Under the pieces are notes generated by a model that searched no databases, was not told where the DNA came from, and saw only the letters and a list, made by a program, of their open reading frames with translations. The position numbers and the translations under genes are program-made. From Marsupella aquatica (taxonomy: Eukaryota > Plantae > Marchantiophyta): DNA of 64,000 bases. The stretch lies in NCBI GenBank assembly GCA_973895155.1, contig OZ316894.1:743968-807967 (forward strand). Reading direction: 5' to 3'. This document shows, one piece after another, positions 1-12,707 of this stretch (within the stretch, counting starts at the first letter, position 1; each line of letters starts with the position of its first letter).

Positions 1-204
1 ATTTGAAGGCCCACATGAGACAAAACTAGAGTGCTTCAGTCCTTTCAGCTCCGCCAGCGCACTTGTTTCAGTCCTCTCAGTCACTTTCAAGATTTCCAAC
101 TCGTCTCTTTATGCTAATAATTATGGACTCCTATATCTACTTTGTACGTACTAAATACGGATTAAGCCATATTACTGATTACCAGCCATGCTGGTGGTGT
201 CACA
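1..204. mobile_element. Probable end of an LTR (…GGTGGTGTCACA) inserted into the adjacent Gypsy integrase
   Basis: Non-coding stretch ending in TGTCACA at 204; integrase coding sequence begins abruptly right after it. The other end lies outside the window, so no TSD can be checked. Confidence 0.4.
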
Positions 205-1290
205 ACCAATCATGGGTTTGGGGTACAGATGGAGTTTGGACTTTGCTGGTCCATTACCTCTTACCTAACAACATAATCAGTATGTTTTGGTCATGGTGAA
301 GCACTTCTCCAAGTGGATTGAGCTAGTGGCGTTGCCAGATAAAGCTAGTGGAGGAGTTACTGCCACATTTTTGGATCGTGTACTCAGTCAGTTTGGAGCA
401 CCAGCTGAGGTGTTGACTGATCAGGGAACAGAGTTCCGTGGGGAGTTTGAGAGTTTGTGTGAGCAAGCTCTGATTGATCATCATACTACTTCTTGTGATC
501 ATCCTGAGGCAGATGGATTGGCTGAGAGAGTAGTGCAAATCGTGAAGAGAGGGTTGTGCAAGTATGGCTTGCAGGTTGGTCATCTGGGAGATTGGGATCT
601 CTAGTTACCTTGGTTAGCTATGGGCTACCATTTCAGCCGACAAGCATCACTTGCATCCTTCTCACCTTATTTCTTGCTCTATGGTAGAGAAGTACCAACT
701 ATGCAGATTTGCCAACATCTATTTGTCGTGATGTTGCATCAGTTGTGAACTTGGCTGATCCTGATGTTTGGGTCAAGGTTTGTTCTGAGAGGGGCAAGGT
801 TTTTGAGAGAATCATGCCCATGGCCTTTGACAACCTTGCCATCGCCCAACATCGTGATACTCTACGGTATGCCACTATTCGTGGAGAAGGTTATCGTGCC
901 AGGATTCGGCAATTGTATCTTGGTGATTATGTTCATTTGCAGCAGACAACTTCAACTACACTTGATGTGACCGCAGTCGGACCATTTTACGTGTGCGTGA
1001 AGTGTTGCCTTTTGGTGTCCTAATGTTGGAGGGACATGACGATATGGTTTGGAAGGATCATGTGCGCAATTGTGCACCATGTCATCTTCCAAACATTGAT
1101 GGTATAGTAGATCCAAGCTTGGCACATGTTCGTGCTGGCTTGAAGTGTATGTTGTGTGGATCGATCTGCTTAGGGAGGAGCTACTATGTTGATTTGTGAT
1201 AAGTGTTCTAGAGGATGGCACATGTCATGTTTGACACCACCATTGCAGGTGACTCCTAGTGAAACATGGTTGTGTCCTCAATGTCGATAA
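205..1290 (+). pseudogene. Degenerate Ty3/Gypsy integrase core with a C-terminal PHD finger
   Basis: Reads PIMGLGYRWSLDFAGP…VLVMVKHFSKWIELV…VLTDQGTEF…DGLAERVVQ (D,D,E triad) with stops and frameshifts. It continues into KCMLCG…MLICDKCSRGWHMSCLTPPLQVTPSETWLCPQCR* (C4HC3), ending at TAA 1288-1290. Confidence 0.9.
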
Positions 1291-1464
1291 AGTCGCCTAG
1301 TTATCATTTGTATTCTCTTGGAAGATATGGATTGCAGGTAGGTGATTGATGGGGCTCACTTGCAAGCGGCCTCTTGATCTTCACACCTAAAAAGGTGTAT
1401 ATCCACCTTCTAGAACTCATGGCTAGCTAGAGTTAGGGGACCTTACTCCCAGCTAGGGGGCGAT

Positions 1465-2432
1465 TGTGGGTTTTGGACATGTGTGGAGATGAGTTCCACT
1501 TGCAGCCCATTCTCTTATGTTTGTCTGTACTCATGTTTGTATATGTGTGACATGCAATGTATGTTGTGTAGCGATGTGTATGCGCACAACAACTGTCACA
1601 CCATTCTAGGTAGCATTAGAGTATAGGTCAAGTGCAAGCTAGAGGGGTACTGAAAGGATCTTCATTTTCTCCACCAAAAGGACATAGGTCCTTGGTAAAA
1701 GCAATCACTAGCAGACAAAAAGACCAAAATGTTAATATATGGAATGGCCAAGATTGTTTTGGTGAGATTGAAAGGTTAGATCATGCATGCCAAATGTTTG
1801 GAAGTGTGTCCAAATGTTTTGGAATTGTAGAAGTGTGCCCAATCTTTTTGGAAGTGTGCACAACATTGTTGGCAGTGCCCCCAATTGTTTGGAAGTGTGC
1901 CCAACTTTTTTGGGAGTGTGCTCAACTAAATTTGAATGACATTTCTAGTCCTTTCCCTCTCCTTTTTGAGCTAGACCTTGGGGACTCCTTTGGTACCCCT
2001 TGACCTATATCATGTTGTCTAGATTTATATATATTGTATGTGTGCTATATGAGCCGATAGGGTTTTGTTCACATATGTGAGGGATAGTTATCCCTTTGTT
2101 GTGGCTCAAAGGCCTCACTTCTTTGATGTTGAGCCTTTGAGCATGAGCTCTGGCGGCTATGGTGTGGCTAGCCAGTTTTGTGTGTATGTAACGTGGATTC
2201 CTTAGAGTGCGAGGTGCGTATAGCTCAATATTTGTATGTGATCGTTCTGGACGGGGTCAAATGTTTGATTGGCGTTGATCATGGTTTGGTTGTGTTGAGA
2301 TTATTATGGGTTTTGGATATGTGTGGACATGAGTTCCACTTGCAGTCCATTCTCTTATGTTTGTCTGTACTCATGTTTGCATATGTGTAACATGCGATGT
2401 ATGTTGTGTAACGACGTGTATGCGCATGACAG
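1465..2432 (+). repeat. Two ~128-bp direct repeats (1465-1592 and 2305-2432), probably the 5' part of the Gypsy 3' LTR
   Basis: Near-identical copies of TGTGGGTTTTGGACATGTGTGGAGATGAGTTCCACTTGCAG…GTGTATGCGCA at an offset of 840. The first copy starts with TG directly after a purine tract (AGGGGGCGA, ~1455-1463) resembling a PPT. Confidence 0.7.
1790..1926 (+). repeat. Imperfect ~21-bp tandem minisatellite (TTTTGGAAGTGTGCCCAA core), about 6 copies
   Basis: Repeated GGAAGTGTG(T/C)CCAA-TTTT units are visible directly. Confidence 0.75.
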
Positions 2433-2975
2433 TTGCTTCCCTATGCTCCACCCCAACGACATTAGCAATTGAGTAGACTAGATTGAGAAGGAGGCATGCA
2501 TTACCTTGGGAAAGGCTTTAGTGGCCCTTGGCTTCCATTGGTTCACAAAAAGGCGCAAACCCAAAAGGGCAAATTGAGACTTAATCCAAGTTTTGACTAC
2601 ATTTTAGCCTAAGTGGTGGACTCTTCTAGAGTTGAGGGATTCCAGTTGATGACCACGACATCAACTCTCTAAGGTTGGGGTGAATGTGGTGGACCCATTG
2701 TGATACACCCTTAGGCCAAGAAGGCACCTTGGCAAAGGTGGGCATGAGTGGTTGTTGGTAGCACCATCATGAGCTCTCCATTGACCTAAACATGATCATT
2801 TTGTATGTTGCATCACCAATGGAGTCACGGGCTGAAAGTTATGGCCCTGACTAGATCCCTAGAAGCATGATTGAGGAGAGTATATGTTCTAACATCCCCA
2901 CAAGCCATCAATGTGATCAATTGAATTTTTTTTGCTACCGAGCCATGCTAGGGGCAAGAGTCCATAAAATAAAAG

Positions 2976-3116
2976 CCTAGAGTGCAGTAAAGCTCTTATG
3001 TTCTCGGAGACTTAGCCTCAACTAAGGTGAACCACATATATCTCTCTATGTCGACTACTTGTGCATTGGATGATCATATGTGGGCTTGTTGTTGTGAATG
3101 TCGTCCTTGCTCAACA
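2976..3116 (+). repeat. Partial copy of the LTR family found as solo LTRs at 41979-42322 and 47257-47601
   Basis: Shares CCTAGAGTGCAGTAAAGCTCTT…GGTGAACCAC…GTGCATTGGATG…TGTCGTC…GCTCAACA, ending in CA at 3116. Confidence 0.7.
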
Positions 3117-6100
3117 CCAACTTGTAAGGCACCCTAGGGTGGGTGATCCACATGTGCCATTTTGCGGCCCTTTGGTGGGGCTTTTGTCGCTTGCTTGTGG
3201 GTGATGGACCATAGTTTGAGATATGTAGTTTCATCTGTACGTGATCTCAAGGAGCTAGTGTACCGTGCATTGCAAAGTGGGCAACAAGACTAAGTTGCAG
3301 AATTTGACTACCCTACCGCTTAAATAGCTCCAACATTGCTGACTCCAATGCTAAGTTCCTCTATGGTCCAGGCCCTTGGGAAGGCCATCCGGAAGGCACT
3401 AAGTATGGCTAGGGGAGACTTGTCGGCAAGGAGATGTCACTTGCACTAGCAAAGGCAATGCATTGAGCTAGTAGCCCACACTAAGGACTTAGACTGGAGT
3501 TACGAGCTGGTTGGGTGATGGGAAGGGCCTAGCTTAGGGTGGACTGTCCAAACCCCCGAATGGACTCTGAGTTTTGAAGGCTCAAGTGAGTGCTCCTCTT
3601 GGGCCCAACGAAAAAGTGTAGTTCATGCGGAACAGAGGCTTGGCACATGAGAAACAATGCTGCGTGGGTGTAGCTATTTGGGACCCAAACTGATGATGAG
3701 TTCTTAGGGCCCAAGCATGAGCACTGCGTCAACCCAATCATGACGGACTAAGGCACTTCACGTGCCTATGGACATCTAAGTAGCTAAAATGTTATGGGCC
3801 TAGCAAGTTAGCTTTGTGTCCAGTTGATTAGGTTTGAGTCCAGGAAGAGGGCCAAAAATAGGGAGCCAAAGTTAATCCTAGGGTGGCAGGTCTCGAGAAG
3901 CATATACAAGGGGAGTAGTGTCTCCTAGCGGGCCAGGGGCAAGCCCAAGTTGTGAAGCGCCATGGTCTCGCTACTAAGGAGAAACGCCAAACAAAAATGA
4001 CAATATGTTCTTGGGTGCATCATTTGGAAAGTTCTCAAGGAGAACTACATCTTCGTGATCTTAGCTTAGTCTAGGGGTGTCGTTGGTCCTCAAGGTTTGC
4101 AAAGATTATCTTGCCCGCTTGCCCCGTTTGCAGATCCTATCAAAACAACAGCCAAGCCATGACATTCAGTTTTCCATGGGAGCTTGTGTTGGGGAGGCAA
4201 TGCAAGTAGGCATGGGTGTTGAGGTCCAAGTGCATTTTGCCCTTGGACTCCTGGTTGAGTTGGAGCCATATATAGAGACGGTTGCTAGAGTTGGGGCTAA
4301 ACTGGTCTCGACATCTGGGACAATCGTGGGACATGCAAGCTTCAAGACAAGCTAGCTATTTGGGCCATGGGCATGTCTTGGAGGTAGGGGGTCAGCCAGT
4401 GACGGATAGAAAGTATGGAGGATTGGGAGACACTTGGTAGAGGGGCTGTTTTGGACGAATAGTGGGTGCTGACCTTAGCTTCAGCTTATGGCAAGGCCAT
4501 GCGGGCCTGGGAGACTCTATCCGCTGACATACTTACTAACAATTGTTGAGCTTGAGGCAAGACAATGGTCTTGGGATCCGAGATCAAGACGGGTTACTTA
4601 CCGATGAGGTTGGTTTCTTGTGTAGACAATAGGCCGGGGCTGTTGAGCGACGGTTGACCTGAGGAGCAAGTGCGACTTCATATGGGAGTTGTTGCTAGCG
4701 GTGATAGAGGCACCTAGTTGCTTTCTCAAGGAGTTTTGTGTAAGTGTTCGACATTAGGAGTACTTAGGCAACTAAGGTACTGGGTTTGGCGAGGGCGTTG
4801 GGTACGTGGCTACGTCCACCACTGGCTACCAAGGGATAAATTTGGTAGTGGGACCCTAGGTTGGGGTTGGGGCATTATAGTCAGCTCCCCACAACTTCCT
4901 TGGTGGTGTCCTCGGGGTGTTGTCCAAATTGGGCATGTGTCGTATATATAGGAGAGCCAGGATATTAAGAATTTTGGTGTCCCTCTCCCATAACGCTTAC
5001 GTGTAGGCTCACAGCAGCTCCAAGTAGCTAGTGTCCTTACCTTGGAATACAAGCTGGTGTGAAGCTGAATACATGGTCAAGGTGGTGCGACCGGGAGGAC
5101 AAAAGTACCCAACTTCTAGAGAGCGAGAACTGCACTCCTTATTGGGGGAAGTGTTTTTTTTCTGGAGCCACCTTGGGATCATCCTCAAATGATATGACAG
5201 AGTACATTGGGAGGAGCTTCCCCTGTTCTGGCTACCCCTCTATTTCCAACAAGCTGGATGTTCCCGGAGGTTTGCCGCGCCCAACCCAAGGCACGCGGGG
5301 GTTGCAATGTTGGCCATCCAGGCCTATACATCAACTGAGGCTGCATTTGTACAGGAGCTGGTGGAAAATCAAGGGCCTGATGGTGGCCCTACCCGAGCAG
5401 AACCAAGCCCTGGCCCGCTGCGCTCCCATAGTCGGTGCAAGAGGGTGGACCTTCCTCCCTGGTCCCTACCTTGCTGGTGCCACTTCCACCTCCACCTGCA
5501 GGTCAACCCCCACTCGGTACCACGTTGGCCGCACCCCTTACATTCACGCTGGCCTGGGGAGGTGTAGACATACAATAGCACAAATTAAACTATAACTGTT
5601 AACAGGAGAATTTGCATAAAATATTATGAGCATTCTACATTGATTTTGGTCCATGTGGCACAAAATAGAGGAAGTTTAACAAACAAGGGTCATTAATGAT
5701 GGAAATGGTAAGTAACTATTATTAGGTCTAAATGTCGACTGAGGAATTCACACTTTTATCCTGCCCAGTTGTACTAGCACAACAGAGCGATCAATCTGCC
5801 AATCTAGGATTTGAAAAAATAATGGAAATCTACCCATGAGCTATGATTGATACTAGCACTGCCCTCTACAACAACACAACACCCAAAATGGTCTATGTTT
5901 TTTGGGCCAAGAGTAAACAGAAAAAATGCTGAAATAGCCCTAATCCAAGCGCCCGCTTATATGAAAGAACTATGGACATCCTTTTGGGAACCCTGTGCAA
6001 TACTGATGCTGGCCGCTGACCAATGAACTATCAATTACACCGATCTTAGAAATCCACACCTGCGCTTCCCGACTAACTGATACTACCCCTCTTAGACGGC

Positions 6101-7093
6101 AGAATACACCCCCATTTACCTCCTCCTAAGTGGTTTCATACAACTGTACATTATAATTTTTTTTTTTTTCAATTTTAAAACTTATATTTTGTTATATCCT
6201 TAGTTATCTAATATGTACAGTTAAAGGTTTTATCCTTACATTTATCATACAGTGGTCCCCAGCAAGGAACCACAGAGAGCAATGCTCATGTGGGGCTTTC
6301 AGATCCAATTTCAATGTCATTCAGTTTTCATGGTGATTTCTCATGCAGTTTTGTTGGTCTTCTCAATTACCAAATACAGTTTCTCCATAGGATGAACCGG
6401 CAAGAAGGAAGGCAGAATGCGCATTCACCTCTCTCCTGTTCTCTTCCTCTTTGTGGATATCTCAATTTAGATCATCTTATCTGCCTTCCCCTCCACGTGA
6501 GTGCATTCTTTGAAGTTAGAATTCTGAATCTGAACACGGATGACGGGAAGCTCTATGGTAGTTAGCTCTGAGAATTTCTAAGAAAGTCGAGATTTGAGAC
6601 GTGAAAGAATGGTTTTGAGAGCGTCAATTCATTCTGAAGACCTTCCAAATGGCAAGGGCAAGGTCTGTAATTCCAACTAATAATTTGTCCATTTACCAAC
6701 TTAAATATCTCCCTTTCTGTGGTTAGATGTAAACTAAATCAATTGACATGGGTGAAATTTATCCACGAGTTCAAACTTATCTCAAACTTGAACGAAGCTT
6801 TCTGTACTTCGACGGATAACATAAGGCTCAAAACGCTTTGTCGAAATTTTCTCAAACATGCACCAAAGCCACACGAAGTACAGAAGCACAGATTGGTTTA
6901 TGTGCTTATTTTTCTTCACTTCACTTCCGTATAATTTGAATTTGCGTTAGATGGATAAATTCTGTTGGCCTATCTGTCTATTGAAGCATCAGACTTCTCT
7001 CGTTTCTTGGGCAAGACCGATTGGAACAAATGGACAAATGGGGATGAGTGAGTTCTGCTTTGGAGTCACTTCCGAACACAACTTTCAATCTGG

Positions 7094-9961
7094 TCACCAA
7101 TAATCGCCACAAGAACATATGCCATCTTTAAAGTGGTGAAAGCGATTGGCATCCCTGGCTATAATCTCGCGTCCGGTCACTTTAGAGATAAACTTGGTTG
7201 CGGTATGGCAATCTGAACACACCCGAAGGTTCTTCCATACACGAATTGGTGTTCCCCGAGCTATGTGCATAAGTCCGTAAGCAATAGCCAACTTCTCACT
7301 ATGAGAGCAAAGAGCTAGTTCTTTATCCTTTTCATTCATATCATGCAACACAAGTCGGGTATCCGGAATGTAGCCTTCAGCCTTCAGTTTTTCCGTCAAT
7401 TTATTGAGCTCAGAATATATCGCCCTCGCTTCTGGGTGAGATCTATCCCCCACAGCAAATGTATGGATCTTCTTATCAACTTCAATCCAGCTACGCCCTG
7501 GCTCCTTCCTAATACCTGTGTCTTGCATCAAGGTGCGCACCAATGCCGCCTTCTGCGGCTTACCGGCTGCAGCGTAGATGTTGGAGAGGAGCACGTGTGC
7601 AGAGGCATTATCCGGTTCCAACTTGAAAAGCTCCTGAGCGGCAAGTTCGCCCAACTCCACATTACCGTAAGTTCTACAAGCCCCAAGCAAGGCTGTCCAA
7701 GTGACTGTATTTGGTTTAATTGGCATATCACTAATGAAGAGCTCTGCTTCCTCCAAGTGTCCAGCCCGCCCAAGAAGATCCACAATGCAATTGTAGTGCA
7801 CAATGTCAGGCTCGATGCCATAATCCTGCGTCATAGCTAAAAAGATTCTCCGGCCTTCATCAACAAGGCCTCCGTGACAACAGGCTGAAATCACTGCCAC
7901 GAATGAATACACGTTGGGGTTCACACCGTCTGCGGTCATTTTTCTGAAGAGGTCCAGGGCTTCATTCCCACACCCATGTTGTGCAAGTCCACCGATCATT
8001 ACATTCCATGTGACTACGTCGCGTTTCTCCATTCTGTCAAAAACAAGTCGGGCGTCATCTATACTGCCACTCTCTGCATACATGTGAACCAGTGCATTGC
8101 CTACACGCAAATCTGACTCCAATCCCGCTGTACTCGCATAGCCATGAACGTCCTTCACCCATTCGAAAGCCCCTTCACTTGCAGATGCATTCAGGATGCT
8201 CGCATAAGTGATTGCATTTGGTTCGAAGCCTTCGCGTCTCATTTGGAGAAAAAATCGATATGCTTCATGCCCACATCCATGTTGTGCAAGTCCCCCGATC
8301 ATTACGTTCCATGTGACTACATTGTGTTTCTCCATTCTCTCAAAAACAAGTCGGGCGTCATCTATACTGCCACTCTTTGCATACATGTGGACCAGTGCAG
8401 TGCCCACACGCAAGTCTGACTCCAATCCCGCTTTGCTAGCATGTCCATGAACCTCCCTCACCCACTCCAAAGACCCCGCACTTGCAGACGCATTCAGGAT
8501 GCTCACATAAGTGACTGCGTTTGGTTCGAAGCCTTCCCGTCGCATCTGGAGAAGCAATCGATAAGCTTCATGCCCACTTCCGTGTTGTGCAAGTCCACCG
8601 ATCATTACAGTCCATGTGACTACATCGCGTTTCTCCATTCTGTCAAAAACCAGTCGGGCGTCACCTATCCTGCCACTCTCGGCATACATGTGAACCAGCG
8701 CAGAGCCCACACGCAAATCTGACTCCAGTCCCGCTTTCCTAGCGTGGCCATGAACGTCCTTCACCCATGCCAAACCCCCATCACATGCGGATGCATTCAG
8801 GATGCTCGTATAGGTGATTGCATTTGGTTCGAAGCCAGCACGTCTCATTTGGAGAAACAGCAAATATGCTTCATTCCCACATCCATGTTGTGCAAGTCCA
8901 CCGATCATTACATTCCAGGTGACCAGATCGCGTTTCTCCATTTTGTCAAACACAAGTCGGGCATCATCTATACTGCCACTTTTTGCGTAAATGTGAACGA
9001 GTGCATTGCTCACAACCAAATTCGACTCCAGTCCACCCTTGCAAGCATGGCCATGAACCTCCTTCACCCATTCCAAAGCCCCCACACTTGCAGATGCATT
9101 CAGGATGCTCACATAAGTGATTGCATTTGGTTCGAAGCCTTCACGTCTCATTTGTAGAAACAGGTGATACGCTTCCACACCATCACCACATTCTGCACAT
9201 GCTCCGATCATAACATTCCATGTAATGACATTTCGATTGGTCAACTTTTCAAAAACTTTCCTTGCCTCGGTGATACAGCCACATTTTGCGTACATCAGTA
9301 CGAGAGCAGTCCCTACACGCACGTCCGATTCAAAGCCGGCCTGTCGAATATGCTCATGAATTTCTTTTCCGCACCTTAGAGCTAATGGGCTGGCACATCC
9401 TTTCAGGATGCTCAGATACGTGATCTCATTCGGCTGCACGCCTTCTTGGCGCATTAGATTGAAAATTTCGAGTGCAGATTCAAAATGTTCACTCCTAGCG
9501 TACCCTGCAATCATGTTGGTCCAAGTAATAACACTCTTCTTCTGAATTTGATCAAAAACTCTACGTGCATCCGATAATCCTCCGCATTTGATATACACAT
9601 TCAACAGCGTGATTACCACATATGAATTCTTATCACTTCCACTCTCGATGATGCAATTATGAATTTGCTTGGCTGCTGAAAGATCTTTCTGATGCAAGAG
9701 CATTTGCAGAAGTTTAACATAGGTGTACGGGTCTGTAGCAATGCCTCGTTGTAGACGATCTTTCAAACCAGCAAGTGTTCCACTCGTTGACGCAGGAGCG
9801 TGCATATGCCTATTGCCGTTCCCTTCGGCAGTGACTTGAGACCAATCTCTCGTGCAATAACTAACATGAGATTGAACTCTGCACTGCGTAATCAAATTCG
9901 CCCTTGCCTTGAACAATACTGCAGTTGACAATACATCCACCCAAAGTGCTATACTTGTCAT
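7094..9961 (-). CDS. PLS-class PPR-E-DYW protein (20 PPR motifs), putative organellar C-to-U RNA editing factor
   Basis: Uninterrupted 955-aa ORF: L-S, five PLS triplets, P2-L2-S2, E1, E2, PGRSWIEV box, HSEKLA, CSDCH and terminal CSCGDYW. An in-frame stop lies ~37 nt upstream of the ATG; upstream exons are possible. Confidence 0.95.
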   Translation of the reverse strand: MTSIALWVDVLSTAVLFKARANLITQCRVQSHVSYCTRDWSQVTAEGNGNRHMHAPASTSGTLAGLKDRLQRGIATDPYTYVKLLQMLLHQKDLSAAKQIHNCIIESGSDKNSYVVITLLNVYIKCGGLSDARRVFDQIQKKSVITWTNMIAGYARSEHFESALEIFNLMRQEGVQPNEITYLSILKGCASPLALRCGKEIHEHIRQAGFESDVRVGTALVLMYAKCGCITEARKVFEKLTNRNVITWNVMIGACAECGDGVEAYHLFLQMRREGFEPNAITYVSILNASASVGALEWVKEVHGHACKGGLESNLVVSNALVHIYAKSGSIDDARLVFDKMEKRDLVTWNVMIGGLAQHGCGNEAYLLFLQMRRAGFEPNAITYTSILNASACDGGLAWVKDVHGHARKAGLESDLRVGSALVHMYAESGRIGDARLVFDRMEKRDVVTWTVMIGGLAQHGSGHEAYRLLLQMRREGFEPNAVTYVSILNASASAGSLEWVREVHGHASKAGLESDLRVGTALVHMYAKSGSIDDARLVFERMEKHNVVTWNVMIGGLAQHGCGHEAYRFFLQMRREGFEPNAITYASILNASASEGAFEWVKDVHGYASTAGLESDLRVGNALVHMYAESGSIDDARLVFDRMEKRDVVTWNVMIGGLAQHGCGNEALDLFRKMTADGVNPNVYSFVAVISACCHGGLVDEGRRIFLAMTQDYGIEPDIVHYNCIVDLLGRAGHLEEAELFISDMPIKPNTVTWTALLGACRTYGNVELGELAAQELFKLEPDNASAHVLLSNIYAAAGKPQKAALVRTLMQDTGIRKEPGRSWIEVDKKIHTFAVGDRSHPEARAIYSELNKLTEKLKAEGYIPDTRLVLHDMNEKDKELALCSHSEKLAIAYGLMHIARGTPIRVWKNLRVCSDCHTATKFISKVTGREIIARDANRFHHFKDGICSCGDYW

Positions 9962-12495
9962 CTTGTGCTTAAACTCAGGTGCTCTGGGCTTCCTCTGTCA
10001 ACCACACTGGCCAGGGTCAGATATGGAAATCCTGACTTATAAAAGGTTAAATTCCAGGAGATTCCACGAGGTGCAATGAATTTGGATTTATTTCTCTAGG
10101 ACTATATTCCACAATGATCTTTTTACAATGAAATGTTTAGAAAATGATGGCAGACCGGTAACTCTCTCGAGTCCTACGGCTAGCATGCATGCCTACCTCC
10201 GTCCAAAGATGTAGTTTCTTGTCTCCCTGGCTTCGCTGTGATCGTTGGTACAGAACACTCGCAAAAGTTATATTCCTCCTTTTCAATTGAGAGTAACGGC
10301 TATCTGTCAAGAATGCGATGATCTTAGAATAAAATTTTGAAATAATTGTGAAAGGCATATCCAGGTAGCTCAAGTATCAATAAGCTCCTTCATACTCCGG
10401 TATTTCACTGTAATCATACAAAGGACAGAGTCAAGAGCCTATTGAATTGACACTAAAAAACTTCATCAAGCAGTTGCATGTTATCCGTTGGTATGGGGAT
10501 AGGACAGACTCTTAGGGCACCGTGACAGGCGTTCATTGTAAGTTGCCTTGGCCTTCTATCCTATATACAAACCAAATCTCAGGTGTTTGACAAGAGACTA
10601 CAACTCACAAATGAAGCCTAGCCAGCATTTGTAGATTGTCTCTAAGAATCCACTGTGATTAGGTACAGATGACATGAATTTGAAAGCGCCTCCCCACCCT
10701 CTCCCTGTGATTCCTTGGAGGTGGAAAAATAACCAAACTTGAAGTTCAAGTCAATCTTCATCACATAAGCCTCATAGCAGGAAATTCATGCAACTATAAA
10801 TGGCACACCGTGAAGCTGGAACAACGGCTTTTGTTTACAAGTAGGTAATCACAACGTTGAATCGCTCGAGTCTCAATTACCTGAATGCCTTGTACAAGAA
10901 CAATGGCTGATGCCAATACCAATCAAAGCAGAAGATGAAGGATGAACCCTGCAATTCAATCGTCTTTGTTAATAATGTCTTCAAGCTCGTTTTGGTCACA
11001 TCATAATCCAACAAAATGATATGCATATAAAATTAATCATACCTGGCTGTGGAGTGTTGCCTAAAGCGGTCCATATCCAAAATTTCTATCGAGTTAGCTT
11101 CGTTCCCGTTCGAGAGCTTAATAGCACAGTTGTGAGAAATATAATTTTTACCTGTTTAAAAAACGTTTAAATCAGTCTTAGTAGTGCAATCCTTGGAGAG
11201 CCCTCGAATTTCAAGTCTCATCTTTCCTTCCCCTCGGACTAAGGAAAGAATATTCACTAGGTGAAGGCTTGTTGGGGAAACCTTACCCGGGCAGAGGAAT
11301 CTCAGCTCAACGTAACAGTTGGAGGTACCCCTAGAAGCATACCAGTAGCAGTATCGTCTCCCGGATCACGTCCTCCGTCAATTGAGAATTAAGAATTCAA
11401 AATCGCTGTACTCTTCTAAGAAATATCCTAGCTTTGGCATCCTGAGAGGAAAAAGTGTGAGAATCTCAAATCCCCAAAGCATCTACCACCATACCTGCAC
11501 ATTGCCATTTGAAAAAGTATGGCGCGAGTGCTCTTGTTTATCGCCCTCCAAGAAAGAACCCTTTTCAACCGAATTGTCCTGCATGCCAAACGAGAAATCG
11601 ACGACATTTCTTCAAAGAAGAACTTGTGTACAAGTGAGATGCAGACCGTGTAAATAGCAAATTGGGCGGGCTTGACAATTCACTCAGAACAACAAGTTGA
11701 AGCTGTGGGCACAAAATTGATCTAGATTGTGATGGGCAATAAAAGAAGCTCCTAAACGGAGATATCCTTCGAAGTTTGACATGTATGGAAAAACAAGGCA
11801 AGCGCACAAATTGCAGGCAGCAGGAGACGTCATCTAAGAATTGAGCCGGACTTGAACCAGGATGGGGAGACGAAAAAGTATCCCTGGATGAAAAAGAGAT
11901 TTGCTCCGCTTCCTTGGCGCTAAGAGTTGAGAAATATGTTGCCCAGCAATTTAGGGTTGAAACGCAGAAGAAAGTCGAGTATAGCTAGGGCTTACTAGGA
12001 ATTCTCAGCCCAAAGGACATCGCGAGAGGCCGTGTAAAAGTGGTAACGCAAACCTAACAGGGATCACTGGATTTGTCAGCATGCAGCTCGGTACCAGGTG
12101 GAAAAGCAACTAGAGCAACATTCAATAGGCTACGACGAGTAATTCTTAGCAGATTGTGAAATGCTACAAACATTGTTCGGTTGCGACAGCCTGGGATTCG
12201 GGGTAGCCACCGCATATCTCCTTGGATCCATGTCTCACCTTGGTGGCGAGGAGGAGGAACCGTGAGAAGGCGGCCCTGTTAAACCCTGTTCCCTAAACAT
12301 CTGTAAGCGGCTTCTGGGTTTGTCACCGTCCATAACCAAGATTCTACCCCGTAACCCGTTTTTGCGGGAAGTGTCAAATATCTGTTCCCTGTCTGTAAAA
12401 GTTCCCGTTACTTGTTTTACGGGCTAATTTAATGACGGACACAAGACACGGCTTACGGCCGTGTTTTGATAAGCTCTACTGCCTGAGCCCCACCG

Positions 12496-12707
12496 ATGGC
12501 AACTTTTGCAGCGAGAGCGGAAGGAATGATAGATGCCCTAGTGTATATGGCAACTTTGGCAGCAAGACATGCGGGAGAGGAGGTGCTGAGAAACACACTT
12601 CAAACTCAAATCCACTGGCAGAAGAGAGCGAGTCCTGGGCGAGAATGCAGACAACCAACGTCAGTGCACTCATCAACGACCACCGCTTTCTCACAATCGC
12701 CGCCATG
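12496..12707 (+). other. Candidate alternative first exon of the PPR gene at 12990
   Basis: ORF MATFAARAEG…MATLAARH…SQSPP ends at a strong donor ATG|GTAAG (GT at 12708). It is in phase 2, compatible with the acceptor at 13611. Confidence 0.3.

Noticed and set aside
7343-9379. Repeated antisense ORFs over the PPR genes (also 14230-15547 and 31857-34308)
   Set aside because: These are shadow frames produced by the repeated PPR triplets, with no independent coding signal.
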